Positions 27,351-43,100 of a stretch of DNA of 64,000 bases are shown in pieces; within the stretch, counting starts at the first letter, position 1; every line of letters starts with the position of its first letter. Both the position numbers and the translations under genes were made by a program. The DNA is from a virus (Duplodnaviria; Caudoviricetes): positions 60,972-124,971 of the IMG/VR virus record IMGVR_UViG_3300032225_001145. One strand, given 5' to 3'. The notes under the pieces were generated by a model that was not told where the DNA came from, made no database searches, and was given only the letters and a program-made list of their open reading frames with translations.

Positions 27351-27399
27351 TTATTTTACTCCGTCCTTTGTATTATTTATGGCCATTTAATATGTATAT

Positions 27400-28008
27400 T
27401 TATGCGGCACTTAAATTTGTTAATGTCTGTATTCTAAGGGTGTAATCTATCTGAATTTGACGATTTAAACTCTTTTGCACAGGATGGAAAATAACATGGG
27501 TGATTAGGAACAAATTGGTGGCAGAACCGTTCCAACATTGTAATCCTAGCTCATCAAACACATATTCTCCATTAAAATTGGTACTATTATCAAACGCTTG
27601 TTGTCCAGCAGGCTGACCATAGTCTAATAAACAAGAAACCAATATATCTGTATAAGGATTTCCCGATGTATGTAATACCGTCATTTTGTTATTTGCCGGG
27701 TCTAAATTTGAGGCAGAATTTTGATCCACCACTTGAGCATAAGTTTCGTTATACAAACTAGCATTTTGCCCTGTTACATTAGGTGGCAAATATGTAATAA
27801 CACCCGTTGGGTCTACCGCTGATCCACCATTACCAAAAGCCATAGTGTAAATCCAGCCTTTTCCTTGATCGCTAAGGGTATTAGCCATAGCAATTGAAAT
27901 ATTTTCATAATTAATGGCATTCTTTTTATCTACTAAAACTTCACCAGTGGTTGGATCAGTAATTTTAATAAATCCTTCAATTTTAGCTAAACCGGGTTGA
28001 ATAATCAT
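27400..28008 (-). CDS. baseplate/tail-fibre attachment-like structural protein
   Basis: MAFGNGG...FDELGL...THVIFHPVQKS...IDYTL resembles tail-collar/fibre N-terminal domains. Confidence 0.6.
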   Translation of the reverse strand: MIIQPGLAKIEGFIKITDPTTGEVLVDKKNAINYENISIAMANTLSDQGKGWIYTMAFGNGGSAVDPTGVITYLPPNVTGQNASLYNETYAQVVDQNSASNLDPANNKMTVLHTSGNPYTDILVSCLLDYGQPAGQQAFDNSTNFNGEYVFDELGLQCWNGSATNLFLITHVIFHPVQKSLNRQIQIDYTLRIQTLTNLSAA

Positions 28009-28142
28009 GCTTTCTGCTCCACAAATACTTTGCGTGTTTTTGGGTCGTAAATTTTTATAAACCCGTCAACTGTAACTGACCCTGTATCGTTAGGTCTTTT
28101 TTGAGGTTGAACTTGCTGCTGATTAGGTGTTTTATTTTCCAT
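28005..28142 (-). CDS. 45-aa protein resembling the N-terminus of the downstream gene
   Basis: Hand translation MENKTPNQQQVQPQKRPNDTGSVTVDGFIKIYDPKTRKVFVEQKA; TAAATA 7 nt upstream; ATGA overlap. Confidence 0.7.
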   Translation of the reverse strand: MENKTPNQQQVQPQKRPNDTGSVTVDGFIKIYDPKTRKVFVEQKA

Positions 28143-28184
28143 TGTACTGTATTTATTATGATTAATATCCGCCATGTATTTACC

Positions 28185-31100
28185 TTAAATTCCGCCCCTT
28201 AAAAACAGGGCCATTGGATTGTTTGTTATTTGTAGGGGAACTCCGTCCGAAGCTGTATCTACGCCAGGATTATACCAGCTTGTACCTTTACGAACAAATA
28301 TGCTAACTTCTGTTCCTGCGTCCGGGGCTGTAACAAAAATAACCACAACAGGATCTAAATTAGATAAAGTATATCCACTAGTTTGTAATGTGCCGCCTAA
28401 ATAAACTTCTACAGCTCGACTATTACTTGCCGCACCAGGATCATACTCACCATTAATTCCGTCAGTAGAATATAAAGTACTATCATATGGTGTAGATGCT
28501 ACCCATTCGTTAGCGTTATTAACTACAAGTGTTGATGTGAATACTTTTGTCGAGCCATCTCCTAAGAAAGACTCACTTTCAATATAATCCTGATATTGTG
28601 CTGGCAATAAATTGCCACGACCCATATCATATACATACGCACCAACAGCGTGTGAATCTGCGCCAGTGCCTGCTGTGCCGCGCAGTAAACTACTAATTGT
28701 GTTATCAGTTAAATCAATATCACGATACATAATGCGTTCGCCATCAATAGTCACAACACCCCATACATTGGCAGCAAAATCAGGAATACTTAATGCGCTA
28801 GCATTAACTACATGAATAATATCATCTGTGGCGCTGACCGCTTGTGCTACAGTAGTTGTAGTAGCAGATGTCATACGATAAGTGGCTTGCATGCCGCGCA
28901 TGTCTTGGAATATTCTAAACTCCATAGCTTCTGGCACTACCGAGCTAGTGACATTAATTACCATAAGAATATCTCCAGTGCCAATTACTCCGCTATTCAA
29001 TGTTAAAATATTTCCTTCTATTGTATAATCTATGTAAGGACTTAATACTCTACAGTTACTATCAACATGTTTTAAAAATACCCAAGCACGAGCTGCATCT
29101 GTGTAAGATTGATACAACACAAAATCATTTTCAGAAATTGTTATTCCTTCTTGATAACTATAGGATCCTGGATCATCATTTTGTACTGCCGAGGAATATA
29201 AAGTGGTATCAAATCCTTCTTCAATTACAATACCTTCTGTGATTGTAACTGGGCCAACAAATATTTGTGTGGATAATCTTTGTTCTCTAGTATCGTTAAA
29301 TGTAGTTACAGAAATAACTTGTCCATTGTCTGGTACTATTCCAGTTCCTGGAATAAATGACAATGTTCGTGCTACGGGATCAATAGTATATTGAGCCAAT
29401 TCGTCTACAGCGATATAAATTTCAGTCCCTGCAGCTGGTGGCGTGTCAAATAAAACAAATTTAGTATTAATGTCGAGATCATACGGTGCGATTGAATAAT
29501 TATCGCCAAGACTATCTCCACTAAATCCGGTATAAACTCCTAAAGTATAATCTGTTGGGTTTATTTGTAATATTCCATCAACATAAACTTTAACATTAGA
29601 ATCAGATATCGTTGTGTAATCTATGCCTGTGCGTTCTGGGAATGCATATCCGTTGGTATTACCATCGCCTACATATGGAACACCAGCTGAACCTATTGCG
29701 GTTACTCCGCCAATAGTAACCATTGCTACTAGTGGATTAGTATATTCTAAATTTATTGTTGGATCTAACTCGTAATCATCATATTGACCAGTAACGGCCA
29801 TTAAATATTGTGTAGTTGGTACGCTCCAACTATAATTTGTAGTTACATCATTGATTGTAGTAGGTCCAATTGCTACCAAACTAATAAAATCTGTTGAATT
29901 ATAAGTATTATCAAAGTTAATTAATGTTGTACCAAATGTCACGCTAGCATTGTCAATAAATGTAAATGCCGTAGTAGTTGTGCCGTTAACAAATACAGCA
30001 ATTTCTTGTATTAATTCATACTGTACAGGAATTACTAAACTATTTCCTACCTCAGCGCCGTTGTAAACATTTTTGTATAGCTGATTTCCACCACCTAATT
30101 CATAGACATATATTGCTAAACGATCGCCATCAGCAACTAATAGTGAAGAATTGGAAATAGTAATTGTTTGATTGACCCAATCTATTGTATAGTCATACCC
30201 TTGGGATAAATCATATCCTTGCGTAGTATCCGTAATTTCTATAGCAACAGGGTATGGCTGTAATCCTGCAAAACTTATAGTTGGATTACTATTATCGTAG
30301 ATAACTTGTAATGTAACTTGTGGGAACCCGTGTCCTAATCCTTGCCAATCTGCCCCTGGAGTTGTATAAACACGGAAATCCAATGTGTCAAACTCAATTC
30401 CTGGCACTAATTCTTCAGGAGCATGACTTTCATAGACATCTACATATTTGCCACCGTCTATATTAATATCTGAAACTGCTGTTCCTGTTGGTATTGGGCC
30501 GGTTTCCAATGTTCCATAGAAACTTCGGAATATAGTATTAAGTATACCTAAATCATATGTTGGTTGTCCGTTAGCATCAAGAGAAATATTGTCATATACA
30601 TTAATATCAAAATTGCCACGGTCAAACCCTGTGTCTTGATTAAATGTTACTGCTGATACTTGTACTCCTGGATAATCTATGCCGTCAATTAACAATGGTA
30701 AATTAAGCCCTGGATTGTTGACTGTGCTTACATAATAACCTTGTGTACGGTTAACTCCGCTTAATATGCCGGGGTTTACTATAGTCCACTCTGCGGGATC
30801 AAAAACAGAATTTTGTACATACCCGTCTGTTCCGTTGGCCGCATATACAACATTATTATGTCGAACTTGCGTTCCGTTAATGTATTTGACTAGTACTGTA
30901 CCGTTTAATTGTCCGTTATATCCAGCCCCGGTATAGGTAGTAGGATAAGTTAAATTGATTGTTGAACAAGATGATACTGAATAAGTTCCGTTTAGTGCTG
31001 AAACCGATACACCGTTTATGGAAATACTATTGCCGTCGGAGAAAGGTATCGAAGTTTGTTCATATTCGAATGTTGCTGTCGCAATGCCATTAGATGCTAC

Positions 31101-34100
31101 TACATTTGTTAAATCTATAATAATAAATTCTGTAGGAGTCCAATCAACAATATCTGATTGATATTCGTATCGATCGTATTTTAATGTTAAGTTTAACGAG
31201 CGTACTGAAGGATTGCCCATAATTGAAACAGCACGAGCTATTTGTCCAACAAATTGTAAAATAACAGTTCCATTTGTTACTGTGACTGTATTAGTAATAG
31301 CTGTTCCAGTACCAGATCCAGTGCCAGTAGCTATAAAGACTATGCCTGATTGGTTACTATCAGCACCAATTGCTGTAAAATCAGTAGTGCCTACAAATTG
31401 AATTGTATATGTTGATCCTATAATAAAATTGCCTGCGTTAATAATTCTAGTAATAGGTTCTGCATTACCTAATGTTCCTGCGGTAGTAACTTTGTAGATA
31501 GTATTTTCAGAAGTTATGATAGATTCATTTGATACAACAGTTAGTCCTGCTGACCAAAGAGTTGGTTCTTCTGGCAAGCCGCCGCCACTAATAGTTATGA
31601 CAGCATCTGTAGTATATCCTGAGCCAGGATTATTAATAGTAATTCCAATAACTTGCCCTGAAGTGTTGATAATGGCTGTCATTGACGCTTGTTCGACACA
31701 AGTACCAGTAACTGTGACCACTGGCGTAGAAGTATATCCAGCACCGCCAATAGGAATAGTTACAGCGTCAACACTTAACAAATAATTTTGATACCATTGG
31801 CTATACAAACTTGGATATTGCCAAATTTGTGCGTTAGGAGCTGTATTACTTGCCGACGAATGGCTAGTGGTGATAGCCTCAGTATATGGAGTTAATATTG
31901 GGCTTACAAATTGCGGATCAGAAAGTGTCGAATCCCAATAAGCCGGCAAATCGTAGTCTGTAATATCGCCTAAGAAATCATCTTCGCCGGTATAAATTAA
32001 ATTAAATTGTCTAACTTGTACGTGATAAGGTTTAACTTCCTGGAAATATTTAAGAACAAAATTTTGATCTCCAGAAAGATATGATTGATACGGCAATAAC
32101 GAACGAATTTTATGATTAACATCAACATAACTAGTTTTAATTAACCAAGACGGATCAATAAACTGACTATACACATAGTTAAATATTAATATTAAACTAC
32201 TATTACGCTCATATTCTAAATCTTCAACATAAATTTCTTCGTTTAAAGCACGGAGGATATATCTAGTTTCTACTTGCGGAGTCTCGTCAAAATATTGAGA
32301 ATCAAAAACTTGAGCATCGAACCCAAAATTTCCAACGGTATAATTCCATAAATCTTCTTTAAAAGCTATAGTGCCATCTTCTAATCCCACACGAGTCCAA
32401 CCAATATATGGATCTGGTCCTGAACGCTTATAAATTTCAAATTTACCTGCGCCGTTGCTGACGACTCTTACTGAACTGCCAACAGGAGCTGTTTCTAAAC
32501 TTAATGTTGATAGTTGTCCGTAATTTTGTACGGCAGCCACTGGGGCTATAGAAGAATTATAACCTGGCAAATACCAATTGACATAATACCAATATTCTGG
32601 TGTATCGTAACTTTGTACTTGATGTAAATCTAAGGTTTGCGGAGCAGTAATTTCATATATAGTCCAACGACCGTTTTGGGAACTATCTGATAACACCAAA
32701 TACTTGTAACCAACTGGTATTGAGGCAAGATTCTGATAGCCTAATATTTCTAAATTAGCTACTTTAGTATTCCAAACTATAGTAGTTGCTGACCCTGTAC
32801 CAGATCCACTGCCGGTCGCAACAAAACTTACTCCTGCTGTGTTACTACTAGCACCAATCGTTGTAAAATTAGTAGTGCCTACAGTTAATATAGTGTAAGT
32901 TGTTCCTATAACAAAATTTCCAGCTGTCACAGTAACATCTGAAGTAGGAATTGGTTCAGAACTATTCAATAAATTAAAACTACGAGTTTCTGAAATTGGG
33001 TATTGTGCCAATACTGTATTAGCACGACCTAAATAATTTTCTAATGCTGTAAATCTATCGTCAAACATACTTTGACGAGGACGGAATTGAACTCCGTATT
33101 TCATACCAGGACTTAATAAAGGATCGGGTACTGGATTGCCTACTGTGTCAAGACCGCACATACTATCTAAAAATTTACGATATAAATTTGTATTCAAGAA
33201 AGACGAATCTATACCGTCTGTAATAATTTGGTATTCTTGATGTATTACCGCATCTGTGATTTCTCTATCAAATCCAATACTTAAAATAGTATTTGAAGCA
33301 TTTAATAAATTTTGTGCATTATAAATTGCTATAGTAGAAGCATTAAGACCGGCTATGTAAGGTAATCCACTACTTCTAGGATCAAGTATATAACTAGACA
33401 CAGCAGTTGGACTTAATGTTTTTCCTGATCCAGTTGCCACCGTAGTAATTCCTTTTACCCAGAAATAATATAGTGTAGTAAAGATATTATTTTGTCCTAA
33501 CTGACTAGAAATAACATAGCTTGTTGTACTTAATGGTGTACCGGTGCCGGTATAATTTGACGGAGGGTTTGCACTTTCAACCCATTGATAGATGTCTACT
33601 TTACTTCCTGGGAATGTTTGTCCCCACCGGCGACTAGCATAAACTATGTCATCCTGATTTGGATCAATGAATCTAACAGTATCGGTATCCCACCACATTT
33701 GTCCAATATGTTCTTTGCTCCAAGTTTGTCCATTATTGTGTACAGATCCTTGATTATATTGAGCCGGATCTACTGCGCCAATATAATCGATGTTACTACG
33801 AGCTATTCCTAATATTTTTCCTTGTAGTGGATCAAAGAAATCAAAATATGTTTGATATTGTCCTGTTATGGTAGTATTAACTCCAGCAGATTGTTCGCCG
33901 TTATAAGAAAAAACGCCGTTAATTCCATATACATCAACGACTGGTTGTTGAGTTCTTATTGGTTTCCAAGATGGGGTGTTGTCAGGATTTTGAAATACTG
34001 CAGCGTAGCCTGCCGAAGTAGTGTTATTAACTGTTCCGCCAGTGGCACCGACCATTAATTTTCCAGTGACATAACTTACAGATGTTCCAAATCTATCACC

Positions 34101-37100
34101 CGATTTAATACTTACATTTTTAGTATTGATATAAATTTGTTGACCAAATGCAAACTGACCAGGATTATTAATACTCTTATTGCTACTTGGGAAATAATCA
34201 TAGGTATACGCTACTCCTCCATTAATAATTGGATTGTAAAAGGTTGTACTGTGTTCGTCAAAATATGTTTGACCGGCATCGAATGTTGTTGGTTCGTATA
34301 CATTTCCATTAGGAGATCCAACAATTAAGTTAACAGCTGAAGTATCTATACTTAAACTAGCACCAAACTGTCCATTAAATACTGGCGCAGGACTTAATAT
34401 TTGTTGAGTGAGTACAAAAGTATTAAATCCTAATTGATTGAATACTGACGATACTGTGCCAGGTAATACCGTGATATAATTATAAGGGATACCACCATTT
34501 ATATTTTTAACTGATATAGTTAAACGACCCGAAATAATTGTTATCTTTCTACCAGCTAACGGAGCATACAAGAAATAAATATTTTGTGTAGCGTTGTCGT
34601 AGGTATAATCTGTGCCAGCAGTTTGTTTTATATTATCTATATAAACTACAGTAGTATAAGAACTAGCAGAAGAATATAAATCTCCTATATAGAATATTTT
34701 TGTACTACCATCACCTAAAAATTCTAAATTAGATGTTGTAGATGCTAGCACATTTGGAATATTAGCAGCATTTATTGCAGCCGCAAAACCTTCTATTGTG
34801 TTATTAGCGCCAGAAGGTACAGTTACTTGAGTATCATTTATTCTTAAGGTGCCGCCAGCGGTTAATGTTGGGTTAGCTATAGTAGAAGTTGTAATTCCAT
34901 ACACTCTAGACTGATTTACTTGGTGATCAACTGAGCCAGCAAGGTCAAGTCTGGTACTATCAAACGGGGCGCCGAGATATAAACTACAATTTAACGGGCA
35001 GGAGTCAATAGCAAATCCATACTGAGCATTTTCATTAGGCGTACTGCTATATAATTGTTGTATTTGTGTTATCTGGTTGGTACCAATTTCAATTATATCG
35101 CCATAATTGAATGTTATATTAGAAAATACAACATTATTGCCATTGACTGTATATTGACCGTTTGTAGATTGCGAAGTAGTTAGTAAGTAGACCCCATTTA
35201 CACTTACTGTAGCAGGTGCTGTTATACTACCTGCTACAGTATATGTTGTTTGTGATGGATTGGATACTATAAAACGAAGTACACTTCTGTCAAATACATA
35301 AGCCTTACCAGCACTAATATTTGAATTAGGCGCACCAACTGTTATTTGTCTACCATCTGTGCTAGTGGCTATACTAGCTCCAAATCTATCACCTAACAAA
35401 GATTGTGCTGAAGTGATTTTTTCTACATACTGCCAATAAGTTGGAGTAGATACATAAATTTCTGCTCCTTCTGGCGGAATAGTAATAAATGTTAGAGCAG
35501 TAGTTTGAGAATCGAATGTATAATCTAAATAAGGTCTTTGTATAACTTTGTTTACACTAACAACAAAATTATTGATGGTAGTAGCATTGTACAAGTATTG
35601 ATTTAACACAAAGTTATTAGCATTTATAATGCCAGTACCAACATAAGAGAATCCAACTATTGTTCCTAGTATATTTACACCAGTAACAGTTATAGTTAAA
35701 TTGTTAGTTGGGTTGGTACCACCTAATTGTGTTCCGTTTATAGTAAGAACATCACCAATAGAGTAGTTTTGACCACCAAATTCTAATGTAGGATAGTAAA
35801 CTCCTCTAGTATCTTGTACTGTGAATAAAGCCCCGGTGCCAACTCCTACTACTGAGTTTTGATATCTGTGATAGTATATTTTTTCATCTAATTGTTGTAA
35901 TTCATTCCTTCTTATTGTTAAATACTGACCATTGTTAGGTGGTGTATTATTAAGGAATGTTATACTAGAAGCATCTATTGTATAATCTATGCCGTAAGTT
36001 AACAAAGTATCTTTTGTAAACTCAGTACTTCCGCCTAGATACACTTTTAATTGTGCTGGATGTGCATAATCAATTTGTAAAGCATTATTGTATCTATAGG
36101 ACAAAATGTCGTTGGCTGTAATATACTGGATAGATTGATCTTCTATTTGTACCTTTTGGTAGGCATATACACAGTTGGCGCCGGGTGCCCCGATGTACAT
36201 CCAATTTTCATCGGTACTAATAACTCCTGCGGTACCAAATTCTATGGCACTAAAATTCTGATCGGGCGGGACTAATAATTGTGATATAGCCGCTGTATCA
36301 GTACCCGAGACTCTGTAAATTACCGCAGCATATCCTGTACCCGACATACTAGTATTTGCGCCGGCCACTGCCCAATTAGATGCTCCAAAAGCTAACATAT
36401 TACCAAAATTACTTGTTTCTAAGGCATCTAATCTTATATCAGTACTAAATTGATAGTCGCTTAATATATCTTTATAATATCCTGCTACACGACCAGCGCC
36501 GTTACCACCGCCAGGTGACCCAACTAATGCAAACAAATTATTTTGAGCTTGAGCTATGCTATAAGCAAATTGATTGTTTGCTGTTGGCCCAACAAGTGTT
36601 GAGCTCGTGACAAACGGACTTTGTTTTTGTACTGCTTCCCAATGGCCGTCGCCATCATCATCAACCCAAGCTATTGCGCCAGGTACTAAACTATTAACAT
36701 AAGGTAATTTTGAAATATCACTTGCTTGAGTTACTCGAGCACTTTGTAAATGTAGCACAAGTCCTGTGCCCGAAACTGTAGTTACATTAGTTTTTGTAAA
36801 ACTATATGCTATAGTGACTGTAGTGGGAGTTGGTATTGTTAATACTCGATAAACTCCATTGATCGCATTATTAAAATATTTTATAATAATCAAATCACCA
36901 ATTGACAAATTATGAGTGTTATTAAATTGAGCTACGCTGGTTCCGTTTAAATTATCACTGAGTTGTGTCATAGTAGCGCCAACTGCCGCTGTTCTGTAAA
37001 CTCCCCAATCATAAGGATTAATTTTAGCAATCCAAATATAAGTGCCAATACCTATTATGTTTATGTTAGCATCAATCGAAGATGGATCCTCGAGACTGAA

Positions 37101-40100
37101 TACTGTTACATCTATATCGTCCAAACATACATAACCTGCTGATGGCAATGCCGTTGGAGTATTACTACCTTCGTAGATAGTTGGCAAAATATCAGTAGAA
37201 GTTATATTATAACTTTCTTTCCACAAATTAGATAGATAAATTTGTTGATTAGCTTGACTAGTTTCGCCTGGATTAATTATTTGTATTGTAGATGGATTAT
37301 AAGGCAGTAGAGCTTGATTTAACTGAATGTCAAAGTTACTCTTATTAGCTTGAGCGCCATAAGTGCCCGATAATATCCCCCAGTTTTCATAAACATTATA
37401 TGCTCCGCTTTCGTTGCGATTCAACTGAGCAGTATTGAATATCTCTGCGGCTTGTAATGATCCCTTAGTTCCTATAAATTGCTGATAAAGTTGTACTTGT
37501 GTTACATCATTAAGATTTAGATCAGTCATATACTGGCGAGGACGGAATCCAATCAATCCAAACGCAAATAAATCGTTGTCAGATGTTAAATTAGCTTGAT
37601 ACACATTATAGGTAGTAACTAACTGATCAGCTTTATTGGCCAAGTTAGGTAACAATCCGTTATCAATAAGTTGATAATTGCTTTTTACCCATTCGACATA
37701 ATTGAAAGTTTCTTGAGGTTCACTTATAGTCAATGCTTGCCAATAAGTGTTTTTGTACAATACAATTTCACCTTTGGTGTATTTGGTATAAGGTTTCCAT
37801 TGCTCAACATTGTTAAGATTTAATATAAAACCTTGAGCATTCAGTTGGCCATCCCATTGCGTTGTAGTAGAAGCAATAAGACTTAATCTAGATTGTCTTG
37901 CGGCTGTCGCTGGATCATAAATTAAATCATTAAACTGACTTGTGTTGTTTAACACAATCATATCTTCATAATTTGTAAATTTTAAAGTCAAATAATTAAT
38001 TGTTTGACTATTAGTTGTAGTAATAGAAAATAAATTGCCATCACGATAAACAACTAGATTTCTAACGTCTAATACTTCTGCGTTCTGATCTAATAACATA
38101 TTTTCTGGTGTAATACTAGCAACAGTATCTACTATACTAATAGGTTGACTGGCAGTAATTTTAGTAGCACAAGGATTTAGATTGATGATTGTGTTTGGCT
38201 CCCATCCTTGGGCGGCAAAATTTAAAAATTCTTGGCACATTTGCGACCAATTTAAAGTATGTCCATTAAAAATATTGTCAAATACTATTCCCTGACTGGA
38301 TAACCATGCTCCATAGCTTAATAAAAAATCGCATACACTAGCAGGAGTAGTAAACACATAGCCATAAGGTATTTGTTTAATGTTATTAGTATATTGAGAC
38401 GGTACTTGTACAGATAAATTTCCAGCTGTAAGTGTAGAATAAAGCCCTACTGGATTACTTTGTAATATTTCAAAATAAGGCTGGGCACTACTATATCCTT
38501 GAACTGAATATCCAATACCTCCACTGCCTAATTGTTCTACTTGTACAATTACAGAACTATATGTAATTTGATTAAACGGCTGATTTTTATAAAATAATAA
38601 ATCGTAACTAGATGGCGGAACTAACAAACTATTATTAGTAGAATTGGGTCCAGCCCGCTCAGTGAATAATTGTACATACACTGGATCAGAGAACGATGCC
38701 ATACGATAACATAAACGTACATCTAAATTTGCTAGATCTATAGTTAAATCTGTTGTACTGTTAACTCCAAATTGTTGATTATAATCTACAATCCAGTTAA
38801 TATAGGATGCTTTGCTTACACCATTTCCGTAAACTTGTACGCCAGTAGCGTCTAAACGATAGCGATCGTTTAACAAATATTGCCCTAATTCTGTGTTATA
38901 ACGGTATAAATCTCTATCAGCATATAAAGAGAAAAACTGTGCTGGCTTAGTTAAAGCCAACATACGCATAATCGCAAAAGGATAAGAGCTACTATTCCAC
39001 CACGATGCTTGAACTGGTCCACCATCACCGGCCACCCAAGATTGTTGGAACCCGTAAGGATTATTCCGGCCCATAACACTTAAATTAGGAGGCAATAATT
39101 CTCCTGAAGTGCCTGCTGGAATGATTTTACGCAATCCTGGACGAACATACTCAGGAAGAATATATGGTCCAGCTGGATTGCCTACAATACCTGCTTCTAA
39201 ATCATCCCACAATACTGTGTTGCCTGATGTATAAGGAGCCGGACCATAACGCAATACCCACCAGTCTGGTTCTTCAGAAAATCCAACCATTTCCCAAGGA
39301 GTCGAATTAGGAGTTTCTGTATCATAGAAATAACGATAAATGCCGCGCCAGTTACCTTGTAAAAATGGTTGTTGATCTACTCTGTCGGCAGCTTGACTAT
39401 AATTCCAAGTAAAAGGATTATTTGCCACATAATTTTGTGTGGTATAATCAATTTTGTTTTGTCCTACCCAGGTTAAGAAATCTTCGCTCATTATCTGATT
39501 AATTTCTTGATAGGTATACGGAGTATCGCGGAAGAATCCTGGCAACAATCCTGTTGTTTGATCGGGGTAAAAATCTGGATCTACTTCATCAGTAGCCAAA
39601 GGAATTGGATTGTCGTCCAGTTTAATATTATTGTAAATACGTTTTTCAAATTCTAACAGTACTTGATCGCGGATATCACCAAACGCAATAGTTATGCTAC
39701 CATCATGACCTTGTATTACTACAGTTGGTTCAGAATATGTATCGTCAACAAATATACTTGGTGTATATTTAGGATACAAACCCATTTTACTTGGTGTGTT
39801 TGGACACCAATTAGGATAAGTTACTGGGTATTCATCAATAGTAACAACATCGCCCACACTTAACGGAACATGTATTGTTAATTTAAGGGCATCTGTAGAA
39901 ACAGTATACTGACTACCACGAAGTAATAATACCTTGTTAACATAAACTAATAATCCAAGATAATTTGACGATGTAAAATTATACATCTCATTAGTATTAA
40001 ACACATTAGTAGTAATAGGATTGACTGTTATTGTGTTCGTAGTATAGTTAGTTCCGGCTGGTAACATATCTGACCAATAAAAAGGATCAGAACTAGTTAA

Positions 40101-43100
40101 ACTTGTAGTAATATTTCTTATAGCTAAATCTAATATTTGAGAAACTGTTTCAGTTCCGTTTAAATTTAACTGTGTTACCGCTGTTAACAATTTATTTTTG
40201 TATTTGGTATACTCGCGATTATTATATTCCAAGGCAGCAAAAATATTATAATTTGCTGAGCGTAAAAAATATCCTGCTAGTGTTAATGGTGACGATTGTT
40301 GTAGTATTAACTGTCCGTAAGGAATAATATTTCCTAAATCTCGAGTATTATTTCTACCGTTAATTGGTCCTTGCAGCGCAGTTAAATTTTCACAAATTGT
40401 ATTATAATGATTGCGAACTGTACCTAAACTAAACTGAGACGAATTTTCATTAAAAGGATTATTTTCAAGATTAATGGGTATTTCATAAAACCCTTGATCA
40501 CTTACTTGTTGACTATAAACTAATACTTCAATTACATCTCCAGTAACATACCCCGACCCATTAAGTGTAATAGTTGATGTGTTTGTTGTAGTATTAACAG
40601 AAAGTGTATATGTTGATGGTTCTTGATAAAGGCTATTAATAAATACCTGTGCTGGTGGCACATCTAAATTTGTTTCAATTGCAATATCAAATTGTAAAGG
40701 TGTTCCTGCATAGCTAAATTGAAATTGCTGCCGAGCTAAAGACGGTATAGTCGCTGTTTGCCACCCAATCTCGCGAGTGAAAGTAACTCTATCTGAATAT
40801 TGTCGTACAAATCCCGAACTAACATCTATTGTTGAACCAGTACCGCCTGCTGGAGTATATATAAATGAATCGGTATATAAATTATTATCAAACAGTATAT
40901 CACCGATATTATTAATACTAAAAAATGCTAATGGAATACCCAATACTTCGTCGATTGGATTGTCAGCATTTTCAGCATAACTTAATAATTTACAACCAGC
41001 AAAGTTACTACTTGGATATTGTGTAGGATCAGAAAAACTAACCCCACTACTATTATATACATCAAACAACGGAGCTTGATTAACGGCTGTTTTTTGTTGT
41101 GTACTAAGCCATTCAGACCCAGTATAATAAAAACTTTTACCTGTTTGAGTATTACCGCTGGTACATACTGTGACTTGATTAACTAAAACTGGATTTGTAC
41201 TAATTGGCACCAAATCAATTATAGGCACTAACGAAACTTCTGGGTCTACAACTATAAAATTAACTTGATAAATTTGATTTCTTACTTCAAGATTATTATC
41301 GGCAGCAAAAATAACTAAACTATCCTGTACTAAAGTATATCCATCAATACCATACCCCAATTGTCCTGCTACATTTAATAATGCGTCAGTTTGAGTGGTA
41401 TCAATAACATTAACAGGAGTAATTCCTTGAGTGCCAAAATTAAATAATTTAGTTCCGGCACGGAATTCTAAAATAGGACGATTGGCTCTTTGAGCATTTG
41501 TATAGGACGGCTGTATGTCATTATATGCCGCGGCCGCATCAATTACATCTACATGAAACCAACGGTTGCTACGGCTCCACGGATTAAGGTCAGGACTTGC
41601 CATGTTTATAGTCAAATAATCAGGCTCTACTGGTTGTATAATAATTTCTGTACTATATAAAGAGTCTGAATGATTTGTTGCATCCAGTAATGTTATGCTT
41701 GATCCTACCCCTTGGACATAATAGGTATTTCCAACATAACTGCTTGGTGTAACATCTCCTTGAAATGTAACTTTTAATCCGTTCGTGAAAACTACACCAG
41801 CTGGGGTGGTATATTCTGATTGACCTAATATTTGAGTATTAACATTAATAGTAGTCGAAGGCGTGGTAGTTGATGGCGCAACTATAATAATTTGTGACAA
41901 ATATATGCCGCCTGGTCTCCCTACTCCCTCAACATAATAGATATTATTGGAATAGCTATCTGGATAAACGGTTCCGTTAAATTTAATTTTTAAATTATTA
42001 GTAAATTTGATACCATTGGAACTAGTATATGATTGTTGTCCTAATATATCGGTATTAACATTGAGTATCCCTAAACTACTTGTTGGCACTAAAAAAATAC
42101 TTGATCCCACACCTTGAACATAATAGCTATTACCAATATAACTAGTTGGATAAACATTACCTTGAAATACCACTTTTAATCCATTGGTAAAAGTGACCCC
42201 GTTAGGACTAACATAATTTTTTTGTCCTACTATTTCAGTATCAACATTTATATAAGCATTAACATTGATTGAATTTATTGTGCCGCCGCCAATATATGCA
42301 GCTGTTTCAGTACTATTAAAAGTTACCGAAGATGTTGTACAAGAAGTTACAAAATAAGTTCCATTGTATCCTGCTGGGTTGACCTGGCTGACAATGATTG
42401 AACTTCCAATTGAATATGGGGCGGTTAATTGTGTTGTAAAATTTAATGTTACACTAGATCCAGTGGCATTAATTCCTATGACTGCCAAGGGAGAAGTTGT
42501 TGAATTTACATTTTCAGTAATAAATTTAATTTGGCCAAATATTGTAGGATCTTCGCTATCTTGATAATAAACCGCAGGCAGCGAAGCAGTTAATAAAGGT
42601 ATTTGCTCGTATGATCCAAAAGAATTTTTATACCATTGTGTATTAACATATTCTGTTCCGTAAGTTATACTAAATTGCGTATTATTTGTTATGGTTAGAA
42701 TACTGTTTAATTGTATCACTCCAGAAACATATTGAATTTGCCATAAACTTGCTAAAACTGTAGGATCTGTATCGTCAGTAAACACCAAAGTACGCGAATT
42801 AAGATTTGTTATACCGTCTATACCTGTAGGATTTTCTGATAAAAATGTATCAACTAATACACCATCAAGTTGACTGTATGTAAAAGTTGAACAAATTAAA
42901 TCAACTGTTCCTGTGCCTGTAGATGGATAGTTAATGTACGGTAAAGTTTGATAAAAACTTTGTGCTGTTAAAGTTGGAACATTAAATGTAACAGTTCCTA
43001 AATCAGTTCCGTTGTTTGATACTCCAAACACATCTCTATCACTAATGTTAGGTGACCAAGGCAATCTACCGTCGATGCCTGGTTGCGTTTGAATCCAAAA

